A stretch of 64,000 bases of DNA from Candidatus Woesearchaeota archaeon. GTDB taxonomy: Archaea > Nanobdellota > Nanobdellia > Woesearchaeales > UBA583. The notes beneath the pieces were generated by a model. That model did not search any database and was not told the DNA's origin. It saw nothing but the letters and a program-made list of their open reading frames with translations. The stretch is taken from positions 160,001-224,000 of the forward strand of contig OZ242164.1 in the NCBI GenBank assembly GCA_965205335.1, read 5' to 3'. Below, piece after piece: positions 1-8,546 of this stretch. Every line of letters begins with the position of its first letter. Position 1 is the first letter of the stretch. The position numbers and the translations under genes were made by a program.

Positions 1-448
1 TTTGATATTTATTAATATCTATGTTAATTAAGTTTTTAGATTTTTCTAAAGAAGTTAAAAAAATATCATTTTCTGCTTTCAATCTATTATTTTCTTGAAT
101 TAAGCCTAAAATTAATTCTTCATAACTAGAGTTAAATTTATTTAACTTATCTAGAAGTTTCTTAGTCCCATAGGAAAGTTTAATTGAAGATTTTAGGTCA
201 AATGTAGAAATATTGTTTGAATTTATATATTTATTTATATCTGGAATACTATGAGCTATTCTATTTCTTAATTTAAGATAATCCTTATTTAAATCTGATT
301 TAGGGTTCTTTGGTTTGATTAAATTAAACATATCATTTAGTAGGAAGGGTATAAATAAATACATATCATCATTATTGAAGTGAATTTTCTCTTCTTTAAT
401 TCTATCAAGTTCTTTATCCATCTTCATTTCTTTTTTAGTTCTTCTCAT
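1..448 (-). CDS. Partial hypothetical protein with HEPN-like RxxxxH motif and RHH-like segment (runs off window)
   Basis: Manually translated from ATG at 448: MRRTKKEMKMDKEL...LKLRNRIAHS...SSIKLSYGTKKLLDKLNKFNSSYEELILGLI...; open to position 1. Confidence 0.5.
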   Translation of the reverse strand, partial: MRRTKKEMKMDKELDRIKEEKIHFNNDDMYLFIPFLLNDMFNLIKPKNPKSDLNKDYLKLRNRIAHSIPDINKYINSNNISTFDLKSSIKLSYGTKKLLDKLNKFNSSYEELILGLIQENNRLKAENDIFLTSLEKSKNLINIDINKYQ

Positions 449-507
449 TTTACATTCAGTATACCATGTATATAAGTCATACTTATTTATAAAATTAACT
501 ATTTAAG

Positions 508-624
508 GGCTTTGTACGAAAAGTAACAATTGCTTTAAAAAAGATTAAAACATTATATTATATATTGATAATTTTAATTATTTCTAATTTATTATTAATT
601 CTTAATGACTTTTCGTACAAAGCC
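508..624. mobile_element. MITE, 117 bp, 17-bp TIR GGCTTTGTACGAAAAGT
   Basis: GGCTTTGTACGAAAAGT at 508 and its exact reverse complement ACTTTTCGTACAAAGCC ending at 624; AT-rich non-coding interior; flanks only imperfectly duplicated. Confidence 0.75.
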
Positions 625-1057
625 CATTTTAAGGAAAATTGATACAGTATTTAATAAAGGAATTTCCTTTTACACATTTAAGGAAAATATAGAGAAAATA
701 CTGGGTTGAGAAATTTAAACAAAATAAATGAAATAGATTATAGAAATAAATTAGATGAAATAGACGAAAATTATAGAGCAGGAATAAAAAGAGAAAAGGG
801 AGAATTAGAGAGAAAGAAAAAAGAATATGAAATGAGAAATCCAGACAAAACTTTTTTTGTGCCACAAAGAAAAGAATACAAATCTCATTTCCATCAGAAA
901 TTACTTGAAATAAATTATTTTGAAGATAGAATTGATAGTTAAAAATGAATAAATACATAAACCAGATGCTAAGCGAGGAAAAATTTGAAGCTCATTTCTG
1001 TGAAAAATTAGAAAAAAATATAAACTACAATGCAGATAGTTCATTTAGTGATTACGA

Positions 1058-1738
1058 TTGAGAGGTAATATGAAAGTGAAGAGAAACATTAAAAAAATCT
1101 TTTTTGACTTTGAAACTACTTATGCCAACCCACTTAAAGCAAATTTGTTTCAAGCGACATTTGTATTTACAGATGGGAACAATGAAATAATTGACGAATT
1201 AAATGAATATATCAAAATAAACGAAAGATACGAAGATTTTAATGAGGAAGAAAAACAAACCTTATTAGATATTCACAAAGTAAGAAATCAAACTGATTTA
1301 GATGAACATAATAAGAAGGGAATAAGTAATGAAGAACTTTTAGATCTTTTTGAAGAAAAAATAACAAATTTTTTTGGAGTGGATAATTTTAAGTATTGTG
1401 AGTTATATGGTTGGAATTGCAATACTTTTGATAACATAATTTTTCAAATTAAATTTAATGAAATTGTAAAGAGAGTTAATTTTAAGTATAGAATTGTTGA
1501 TTTAAAGGACAGATATTTTCTGTTAAAGAATACTATAGGATATATAAATAATGAAAGGTTAGACAAGTTTATTCTTAAAAATGGAGATTCAGTGCGGGCA
1601 AAAAATAGTTTGGAAGTTGTTTATAGATTTCTTATAGAAGATAAAGATTTAGATTTTCATAATTCTGAAACTGATGTGTTAGTTTTATTAGAATTAGATA
1701 GAAAGTTTAATGAAATATTTGAGAGTTTTAGAGAATAA
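1058..1738 (+). CDS. DEDDh (DnaQ-like) 3'-5' exonuclease; ATG at 1070 is the likelier start
   Basis: ExoI FFDFETT, ExoII GWNCNTFD, ExoIII DFHNSETDV motifs. Confidence 0.75.
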   Translation: MRGNMKVKRNIKKIFFDFETTYANPLKANLFQATFVFTDGNNEIIDELNEYIKINERYEDFNEEEKQTLLDIHKVRNQTDLDEHNKKGISNEELLDLFEEKITNFFGVDNFKYCELYGWNCNTFDNIIFQIKFNEIVKRVNFKYRIVDLKDRYFLLKNTIGYINNERLDKFILKNGDSVRAKNSLEVVYRFLIEDKDLDFHNSETDVLVLLELDRKFNEIFESFRE

Positions 1739-1794
1739 GAAATGAAAGAGGTTTAAGATTACCTTTAAATCAAAATGGAGAAAGATTAGAAAAT

Positions 1795-1990
1795 TTAAAA
1801 CCTTTAACAGTTATTGCAAATGAAAATTATAAATCTTATGTTGAAAAGTTACAAACTGAGTATGTTGATGATTTTGGCATTGGATCATCAATTCCTGTGA
1901 AAAATGCTAAGAATAGAACAATAATAAAGTTAAAAAAAGTTTTAAGTTAAATGAGAATTTCAAAGAAATTTGGAATAAAATAAACAAATT
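1795..1990 (+). pseudogene. Fragment of type III restriction (Res) subunit
   Basis: Manual translation LTVIANENYKSYVEKLQTE...(frameshift)...LNENFKEIWNKIN resembles the LTVIANESY and FKELW segments of type III Res proteins; no start codon, frameshifted. Confidence 0.5.
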
Positions 1991-2182
1991 AGGTTTAAAA
2001 GTTTTGAAATTTATAAAAAAGAATTAGAATTTAAAGTAAGTATTAACGCAGGAGAAGAAGGTAAGTAAAAATGACAGATGAAAATTTAATCAATGAATTA
2101 ATGAATAGAATTAAACATGTTAAGAAAGGGGAAGTTATGAGTAATCCAAAAGTTTAAATATAATAACCTCTCAGAAATATAT

Positions 2183-2365
2183 GTGGGAGTTATTACAATG
2201 AATGAATTAAGTACAGAAGTATCTATTTTGAAAAATGAAATACTAGATATGAAGAAGAAAATTATAGACAGAGATTTATATCTTACACCTAAGGAGAAAA
2301 AAGATTTTCTTCAGTCACTAAAAGAATACAATAAAGGAATTAATTTCTCTTTGAATGATATATAA
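2183..2365 (+). CDS. Small archaeal RelB-like antitoxin
   Basis: LTPKEKKDFLQSLKEYNKG...SLNDI pattern, directly upstream of a RelE-like stub. Confidence 0.45.
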   Translation: MGVITMNELSTEVSILKNEILDMKKKIIDRDLYLTPKEKKDFLQSLKEYNKGINFSLNDI

Positions 2366-2384
2366 AAAGAAAGACTTTCAGAAA

Positions 2385-2450
2385 ATGTATGAACTTTCAT
2401 TTTCAAATCAAGCAAGGAAGTTTTTATTGAAATTAGATTATTCTGTTTAA
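2385..2450 (+). pseudogene. Truncated RelE/ParE toxin N-terminus
   Basis: MYELSFSNQARKFLLKLD then premature stop; typical RelE strand 1/helix 1. Confidence 0.45.
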
Positions 2451-2484
2451 AAGTTCTAATGGTTTTTGTATTGTGTAAAATATC

Positions 2485-3060
2485 TTGATTTTTGAAGAGA
2501 GAAAGGAACAACTTGAATTGCCAGAAGAGGCGTTGAGAGAAGCAATTATAAATGCAATAGTTCATAGGGATTATTTTTCCACAGGACATATACAAATAGA
2601 TATTTTTCTTGATAGAATTGAGATAAGCAATCCAGGAGGTCTTGTTAAAGGTTTGGCAGAAAAAGACTTTGGAAAAGTAAGTTTGCCACGTAATCCTTTG
2701 ATAATGGATCTGATGTTAAGGATAAATAAGGTTGAGAAAATTGGTTCAGGGATAGGAAGAATAAAAGATTCAATGAAGTTGTTTGGTCTTGGTGTTAAAT
2801 TTGAGAGCACTGGGTTTTTCACAGTTGTTTTAAGAAGAGTTTCTACCCCCCTAGATACCCCCCAAGTTGAATTTACTGAATTGGAGAAAAAGATGTTGTT
2901 AGAAATACAAACAAATCCCCGGATTTCAAGAAATGAGTTGGCAATTAATTTGGGCATTAGTTCTGATACAGTTAAAGAGCACATTGAGAAGTTGAAGTCT
3001 AAAAATGCGATAAGAAGAATCGAGAAAACAAGTACAGGACATTGGGAGATTTTAAAATAA
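2485..3060 (+). pseudogene. 5'-truncated HATPase_c_4 + HTH transcriptional regulator (AlbA/RecG-C-like family)
   Basis: LREAIINAIVHRDY, IEISNPGGL, PRNPLI, EKIGSGI motifs and C-terminal HTH ending GHWEIL; N-terminal half absent, TTG start. Confidence 0.75.
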
Positions 3061-3143
3061 AACTTCAATTATAGAAGTAACTATACCAATAATTGGCAAA
3101 ATCACACCAACAATTGGCATATATTTGTAAACTTTACAGAAGG

Positions 3144-4193
3144 TCATAAACTATCAATATATGAAGAAAGTTCCTCAAAACTCTTCCTAAAATCTTTTAT
3201 ATCAAATAATTTCAAATCCCCATACTTTTCAATATCCTCCCAAACATTAAACCGAGTTCCAGTTGAGAAAAAAAGTTTCCTTACTTCAATTCCATAATTA
3301 TTCTCAATTATCCTAATCTTTCCTAGAAAATTAGTTATATCCTCTTGAGTAATATGGGCTGAGTTTTTGCACTCTATAAACAACAAATTGTTTCTATGTA
3401 TAATAAAAGAACCATCTAACTCAAAATACCCTGTAAGTCCTCGTCTAGGAGAATGTTTAGGATTAACAAATATGAATGGATTTGAATGAATTTTCTCAAC
3501 TCCCATCCTGTCTAACAAAGAATGAACGTAACACTCAAAAGGTTTGTGAAGTTGGTAAGTATAAAAGAAATTATTCAGATGAGAAATTCCTTCTTGTTTT
3601 ACAATTATATAATTTTCATTGTCCGTTTCATAATAACTTCTATCAATTTTATTCAATACCTCTTTAAAAGGTTCTAAAATATCTTCTTTAAAATTAGGAT
3701 TCCTCTTATAATAAGATAATTGATTCAGGAAATAATTTGTCAAATTTGAATAATAAGACTCATTATCGTCCTGAGGCTCTCCTTTAATAAATCCAAATCT
3801 ATGAATTTGGAAAATATCATTCAACTCTTCTTCAATTCCATCAATCTCTGGTTTAGTAATAAATTTATCTCTTTCATCTCTAAGTTTGTCGAAATTAATT
3901 TCTGTATCGAGTCGAGAAAGTCTTATTATAGAGTTTTTATTGAATTGTACAAAGAAATGTTGAATATTAACACATAAAAAATTTCTTACATTAGGATTGC
4001 TAACTATTAAATTGCTAATTTCGTCTTGGTTCTCTAAATCTGTGATAATATGAATTTTATGTCTTGCTGGTAAATTTGGATATTTTTCATCTAAAAAAAA
4101 TAACTTTCTCTCTCCTACTTCTATAGAACTAATAAACTTTTTCAGAGATTTTGGTACTCTTTCAATGTTACTATCAATTTCTCCATTAGGCAT
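3144..4193 (-). CDS. Protein with C-terminal PD-(D/E)xK nuclease-like domain
   Basis: FECYV...FELDG...LLFIECKNS...DITNFLGK resembles a restriction-endonuclease-fold active site. Confidence 0.55.
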   Translation of the reverse strand: MPNGEIDSNIERVPKSLKKFISSIEVGERKLFFLDEKYPNLPARHKIHIITDLENQDEISNLIVSNPNVRNFLCVNIQHFFVQFNKNSIIRLSRLDTEINFDKLRDERDKFITKPEIDGIEEELNDIFQIHRFGFIKGEPQDDNESYYSNLTNYFLNQLSYYKRNPNFKEDILEPFKEVLNKIDRSYYETDNENYIIVKQEGISHLNNFFYTYQLHKPFECYVHSLLDRMGVEKIHSNPFIFVNPKHSPRRGLTGYFELDGSFIIHRNNLLFIECKNSAHITQEDITNFLGKIRIIENNYGIEVRKLFFSTGTRFNVWEDIEKYGDLKLFDIKDFRKSFEELSSYIDSL

Positions 4194-4202
4194 TTTAAAA
4201 AA

Positions 4203-4670
4203 TCAGGACATATACTTTGAGTATACATATTTTTTAATTTCTTTAAGTGGCCTATGATTCCACTTTTCAACGATCTTTTTAGTTTTAGAAGTATAGTCTC
4301 TATACTTTTCTTTTGTTGTAAGTCGTTTGTACATCTCATTTCCTGCACTACTTAATAAATATCTTATTTTCTTCCCTAAATTTCTCTCATCATCTGATAC
4401 AAAGGTCTCTTCTGATACTAAGATTAGATTTTTGTTTTTTAAATCAACAAGTTTGTCGTTCAAATCAAAAGAAAAGGGACCATAATGATATTTTACAAAT
4501 CTAAAACTTAAGTCTAATCCAAATTCCTCTTTTCCCAAGAATATCTCTTTATGTAATTTTGTTCTACCATCAATTTCTTCTGCAACCCCAAGAAATAGGA
4601 CTAATTTTTCTTCTGTTTCATCCAAGTTACTTTCTCCTTCCTGATGTTCTTTCACTTCCATATGTTTCAT
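4203..4670 (-). CDS. Panacea/SocA-like (DUF4065/YwgA-like) wHTH antitoxin
   Basis: GRTKLHKEIFL...FVKYHYGPFS motif; 9 bp upstream of the nuclease-like gene. Confidence 0.65.
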   Translation of the reverse strand: MKHMEVKEHQEGESNLDETEEKLVLFLGVAEEIDGRTKLHKEIFLGKEEFGLDLSFRFVKYHYGPFSFDLNDKLVDLKNKNLILVSEETFVSDDERNLGKKIRYLLSSAGNEMYKRLTTKEKYRDYTSKTKKIVEKWNHRPLKEIKKYVYSKYMS

Positions 4671-4820
4671 TTCCCCTTAATTCCTTATATTTATGTACAA
4701 TGATTATATAGTAACAACAAATAAACCTCTATTTAAATTATTTATGTTCTATTGGTTCTGTAATAAATTCGGCTGTTTTTATTTATTTGATTTTAATCAA
4801 TAAGAAGGAAACTAAATAAT

Positions 4821-6314
4821 CTATTTGTTTTTAACAATTTTTCTTAGTTCTGTAACAATATCTACCATTGCCATTGTATCTAATTCACAATACTCTTTAA
4901 GTGCCGTTCTTATTTTATTAATTTTTACCTGATCTACACATTTATGAATTGAATAATAATACATAACGCTGGCATGCATACCATCTTCAATATCCATACC
5001 TTCATATGATTTATTTGGAACTAATGCTGGTAAAACATTCTTAATTGAGCAACTGCCCAACTGTTTGGGATTATAATAATAGAAATTTCTAAAGATAATT
5101 AACAGGTCTACAAATCTTGTCATTAATGAATTAATCCAATCCTTATACTCGGGTAAAAATTCTGCTACTTTTTTCATAACTCCTTTTTCAAAAACTTCGC
5201 TATAAACAATAATTGAACCAGTATTACCAATACTGTCTTTAACATGTTGTATAAAATCATGTCTTGGGTCTTCTTTACCTTCTGCTAAAAATTCAATATG
5301 TTTTAATTCACTTGTAGGTGTTTCTTGAATGTGCAATGAAAATTGAAAAGGTATTCCTTGATAAGGTCTTACTCCATCATATAAAGGAACAGCAGAACTA
5401 TAAGTTTCAAAGTCAATATAATAAAGTGGATACTCTAATCTATCTAATTCTTTTTGAATGTTTTTTGGTTCAACATGAATGCAACTATCTTGCTCGCATT
5501 TAACTTGAATCTGTTGTTTTTCATCTAAATTATAGTCTTCTGGTATGTCTTTAATTTTAACAATATTTGAATTATACAAATCACTTGATTTCTTTCCGCC
5601 ACGATACAGGTTAAATACTGAATTTTTTGGTAAGAATCCCCAATCAAGTTCAGGCATACGACAAGTTTTAGGACTTTCACAATGTTCACCAAATCTTAAA
5701 CTATCATATTTATCATTATTAATTATTTTTTGAAAAATAGCAATCTTTTTGTTAATTCCGTCCATTGTATCATAGACTTTTTGTGTGATATCTTTTTTAA
5801 TAAAAAATTCTTGTGGATCAATCTCTCCTTGTTTTACATACTGATTATTAACATGTAATAAAAATATTTTTCTAATTCTCAATCCATAGCCTTTGTAACA
5901 ATGAACTTGAAATGATAAATCATGTAAATGTTCATGTTTAACTGATGTTGAACTTTTAACTTCAATTATATCCCATTCATCTTTTCCAACTGGAACTAAA
6001 ATATCTGCTCTACTATAACAATTATCAAATCTAAATCCTGCTTCAAATAATGGTTTTCTTTTTTGTGATAATTCTTGTGATAATTCTAAAGATTTATTAA
6101 AATCACTTTCAGGAATATCAATACCTTCAGGATAAAGTTGTTTTGCTAATTGTCCCACAATATGTCCTTCATCAAACCTATGCTGTGTACTCATATCAAC
6201 GTCAGGTATATTCTCTTTATCATTGCATGAGATCCATAATGAACGGGGACACTGTAATCCAGTCATATATCTTGATTTAGTTAGTAATTTAGGAAATTTG
6301 GTCATTTTAGTCAT
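4821..6314 (-). CDS. DUF2779-family protein (RecB-like nuclease + RNase H-like domain)
   Basis: LTKSRYMTGLQCPRSLW, RADIL..IIEVKSSTS, YYIDFET, IPFQFSLH, SIKNVLPAL, EYCELDT. Confidence 0.85.
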   Translation of the reverse strand: MTKMTKFPKLLTKSRYMTGLQCPRSLWISCNDKENIPDVDMSTQHRFDEGHIVGQLAKQLYPEGIDIPESDFNKSLELSQELSQKRKPLFEAGFRFDNCYSRADILVPVGKDEWDIIEVKSSTSVKHEHLHDLSFQVHCYKGYGLRIRKIFLLHVNNQYVKQGEIDPQEFFIKKDITQKVYDTMDGINKKIAIFQKIINNDKYDSLRFGEHCESPKTCRMPELDWGFLPKNSVFNLYRGGKKSSDLYNSNIVKIKDIPEDYNLDEKQQIQVKCEQDSCIHVEPKNIQKELDRLEYPLYYIDFETYSSAVPLYDGVRPYQGIPFQFSLHIQETPTSELKHIEFLAEGKEDPRHDFIQHVKDSIGNTGSIIVYSEVFEKGVMKKVAEFLPEYKDWINSLMTRFVDLLIIFRNFYYYNPKQLGSCSIKNVLPALVPNKSYEGMDIEDGMHASVMYYYSIHKCVDQVKINKIRTALKEYCELDTMAMVDIVTELRKIVKNK

Positions 6315-6467
6315 TTATTCTAATCTAATTTAAGAAAATATCAATCAGTTAAAAGAATTTCCTTTTTCATTTGAATAATTTTCCTAAAAATTTACCAAGC
6401 TTACAATTTATTAATCCTTCAACTTGAATTTCTAGAAAAAGCCTCTCTTAATCATTGTTTAAGATTT

Positions 6468-6790
6468 TTAACTTAGTTTTGAATTTTCAAAGTCTTCTTT
6501 TTTAATTAAAACATATTTTTCCACATTCTGTAATAATTCATTTGACCTTGAAAAATTAGTATTTCTGTCTCTATTAAAATAAGTGTAAAGAATTGTTTTA
6601 ACTCCCTTTTTGTAAGCATTGTTTATCGCAGGAATAAAATCAGTATCACATGCAATTAGAATTACATTTTTTATATTTGGATATTTAGCAGAAGTCTCAA
6701 TTAAATCAATAGTTAGCAAAGTATCAACTCCTTTTTGAGAAAACTTGTACCTATTACCCTCTTTTACTCTTTGACACCTTCCTTCTCTTA
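6468..6790 (-). pseudogene. 5'-truncated NYN (LabA/PIN-fold) ribonuclease
   Basis: Frame extends upstream of the listed ORF as IREGRCQR...SQKGVDTLLTIDL...LIACDTDFIPAI..AYKKGVK; N-terminus replaced by the repeat starting at 6782. Confidence 0.75.
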
Positions 6791-7895
6791 TGTTATCATC
6801 AAGTCTTTATTTTTCATAAATTTAACTAAAAATTTTGATTTCTTTATTTATAAAAGTTTAATCCATTCTATAAGTTATTAGAAAATTAAGTATTTAAGAA
6901 TAATTCCTTTGCATCTAAATATTAAAAGTAGAAATTCAAATTCCTATTGTCTTACTATCATTGAGTAGAGAAAACTATATAAATAATAATCTCTTATTAT
7001 TTTAAGTATTAAAGAGAGTTTTCACAATAAAACTCTTAAATGTTAAAAGGCATGCATTTAGTTATTTAAGAATCATATAAACTTTATATGATGGTGCAAG
7101 TTTCTTTTTAATTAACAATGGAAACAACAATTAATTTAGAAGAGAGAATAGGAAACCATATATATAATGGAGATTTTATGGGAGGAATAGAAAGTCCTTC
7201 AAAGAGGAATTTTTTAAAGAAACTTGGGGTTGGTTTAGTTAGTTTAGTAGGTTATGCAACATTATGTAGTTCAGAGGCAAATGCGCAGGGCTTACCACCG
7301 GGGATAGCAAACTGCCGTGATAGAGCAATAAGAATATTATATAGAGATCAAGTTGGAGAAGACAGAGGAAGGAGCAGCTATGGAAGCATTAATAATAGGC
7401 TGAATGGTGTAATTGGTGGATTCTTTGACAGTGTATTAGTAGAGGATAAGTCAAAAAGGATTGAGCCGGCATTGTACTTGTTAAGAGAACAAATTAATCA
7501 CAAATACCGTAGTGGGCTTGGTATTACTGTTAGATTGCCGGAGGTTAGGGATGTGCCTCAGATGTTAAATTTTGATAGAGGAATTAAAAATTTTTATATT
7601 TCTTATATTTATCAGTGGGCAGGTCGTTATATCCCGCATGAAAAAAGCATAGGGAGTGAACAGACAAAAAGAGCGACTGAGAGTAATTTTGTCCATTCAA
7701 TAGCATACGCTGCATATTCTGATACTGAAACAGCAGAACAAAAAGCAAAAGAATATTTAGAGTCAGATATGGAAGGAAAAACAAGAGTAGTTATGGACAT
7801 AAAAAAACAATTTGAGGAAATGAGTAATGGAGACAAAGAATCAAGAGACCCAAGAGACCCGTACAACAGAAAACTCGCAGCATCCTGGAGTAGTT
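6782..7895 (+). repeat. Left arm of ~1.1-kb near-perfect inverted repeat (partner 22293-23405)
   Basis: Reverse complement of 22293-23405; one 1-bp indel seen near 6882; encoded proteins identical up to LAASWSS. Confidence 0.9.
6952..7117 (+). promoter_or_regulatory. 166-bp cassette leader, copy 1 of 6 (others 8381-8546, 9794-9959, 11429-11594 on +; 21633-21798, 23071-23236 on -)
   Basis: TTACTATCATTGAGTAGAGA...AGAGTTTTcacaatAAAACTCT...TATAAAcTTTATATG...TAATTAACA-ATG, nearly identical and the same length before all six genes; TATA-like TTTATA about 30-35 nt upstream of ATG. Confidence 0.85.
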
Positions 7896-8035
7896 TTCGG
7901 CTTGAAAGAAGTATTTTTTTTGAACAGAATGGAACAGATAGTGATAGAAATTTATCAATAAATAGACACATAGAAATCCCTCTGAGAGAAGCAGTAGGGT
8001 TCAGAATCAGAGGACCTCCTCACTATAAACTCTAA
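7118..8035 (+). CDS. Twin-arginine-signal cassette protein A1, unknown function
   Basis: SKRNFLK + hydrophobic stretch + ANA/Q cleavage-like site; paralog of 8547 and 22150. Confidence 0.8.
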   Translation: METTINLEERIGNHIYNGDFMGGIESPSKRNFLKKLGVGLVSLVGYATLCSSEANAQGLPPGIANCRDRAIRILYRDQVGEDRGRSSYGSINNRLNGVIGGFFDSVLVEDKSKRIEPALYLLREQINHKYRSGLGITVRLPEVRDVPQMLNFDRGIKNFYISYIYQWAGRYIPHEKSIGSEQTKRATESNFVHSIAYAAYSDTETAEQKAKEYLESDMEGKTRVVMDIKKQFEEMSNGDKESRDPRDPYNRKLAASWSSFRLERSIFFEQNGTDSDRNLSINRHIEIPLREAVGFRIRGPPHYKL

Positions 8036-8388
8036 TCTGCTTCTCCTTTCTCTTCTGTTCTCTGATGACCCTCATCATTTTGTTGTCTTCTGCAATTGTC
8101 TGATGATGTTAAGTAAAATTCTACTAAACCACTCTTACTAAAATTTAATATTTTTTCTGGCTGCTTTTGTCCTTCTACTTCTACTATTCTTTTAGATTCT
8201 AATGTGTATCTTAATGTTAATTTTGGTGGTTCTCTTGTTCCTGTAAAATGTTGTCCTACTTTTTCTGAGAAACTTCCACTTGTATTTAACTCCCTGAATC
8301 TTCCAATTAAGCCATCTGACAAATTTATTTCTTTTGAGTCAAAATTTTTTAATCCAAGAGATAAATCTTCTATACCACCATTACTATC
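8032..8388 (-). pseudogene. Partner 3'-end fragment alpha1 (tail NDEGHQRTEEKGEAD)
   Basis: Open frame from DSNGGIEDLSLGLKNFDSKEINLSDGLIGRF to stop, with no in-frame ATG; stop overlaps the A1 stop by 4 bp. Confidence 0.7.
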
Positions 8389-8546
8389 ATTGAGTAGAGA
8401 AAACTATATAAATAATAATCTCTTATTATTTTAAGTATTAAAGAGAGTTTTCACAATAAAACTCTTAAATGTTAAAAGGCATGCATTTAGTTATTTAAGA
8501 ATTATATAAACTTTATATGATGGTGCAAGTTTCTTTTTAATTAACA

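Noticed and set aside
706-942. 78-aa ORF after the first MITE
   Set aside because: TTG start, no motif; may be a fragment, not supportable as a gene
3085-3120. Short repeat ACCAA(T/C)AATTGGCA x2 between convergent genes
   Set aside because: Only two 14-bp copies; could be an operator but too little support
8204-8434. Thrice-repeated 76-aa ORF MYLNVNFGG (also 9617-9847 and 21745-21975)
   Set aside because: Antisense shadow of the alpha frame; conserved only because the DNA is duplicated; GTG start
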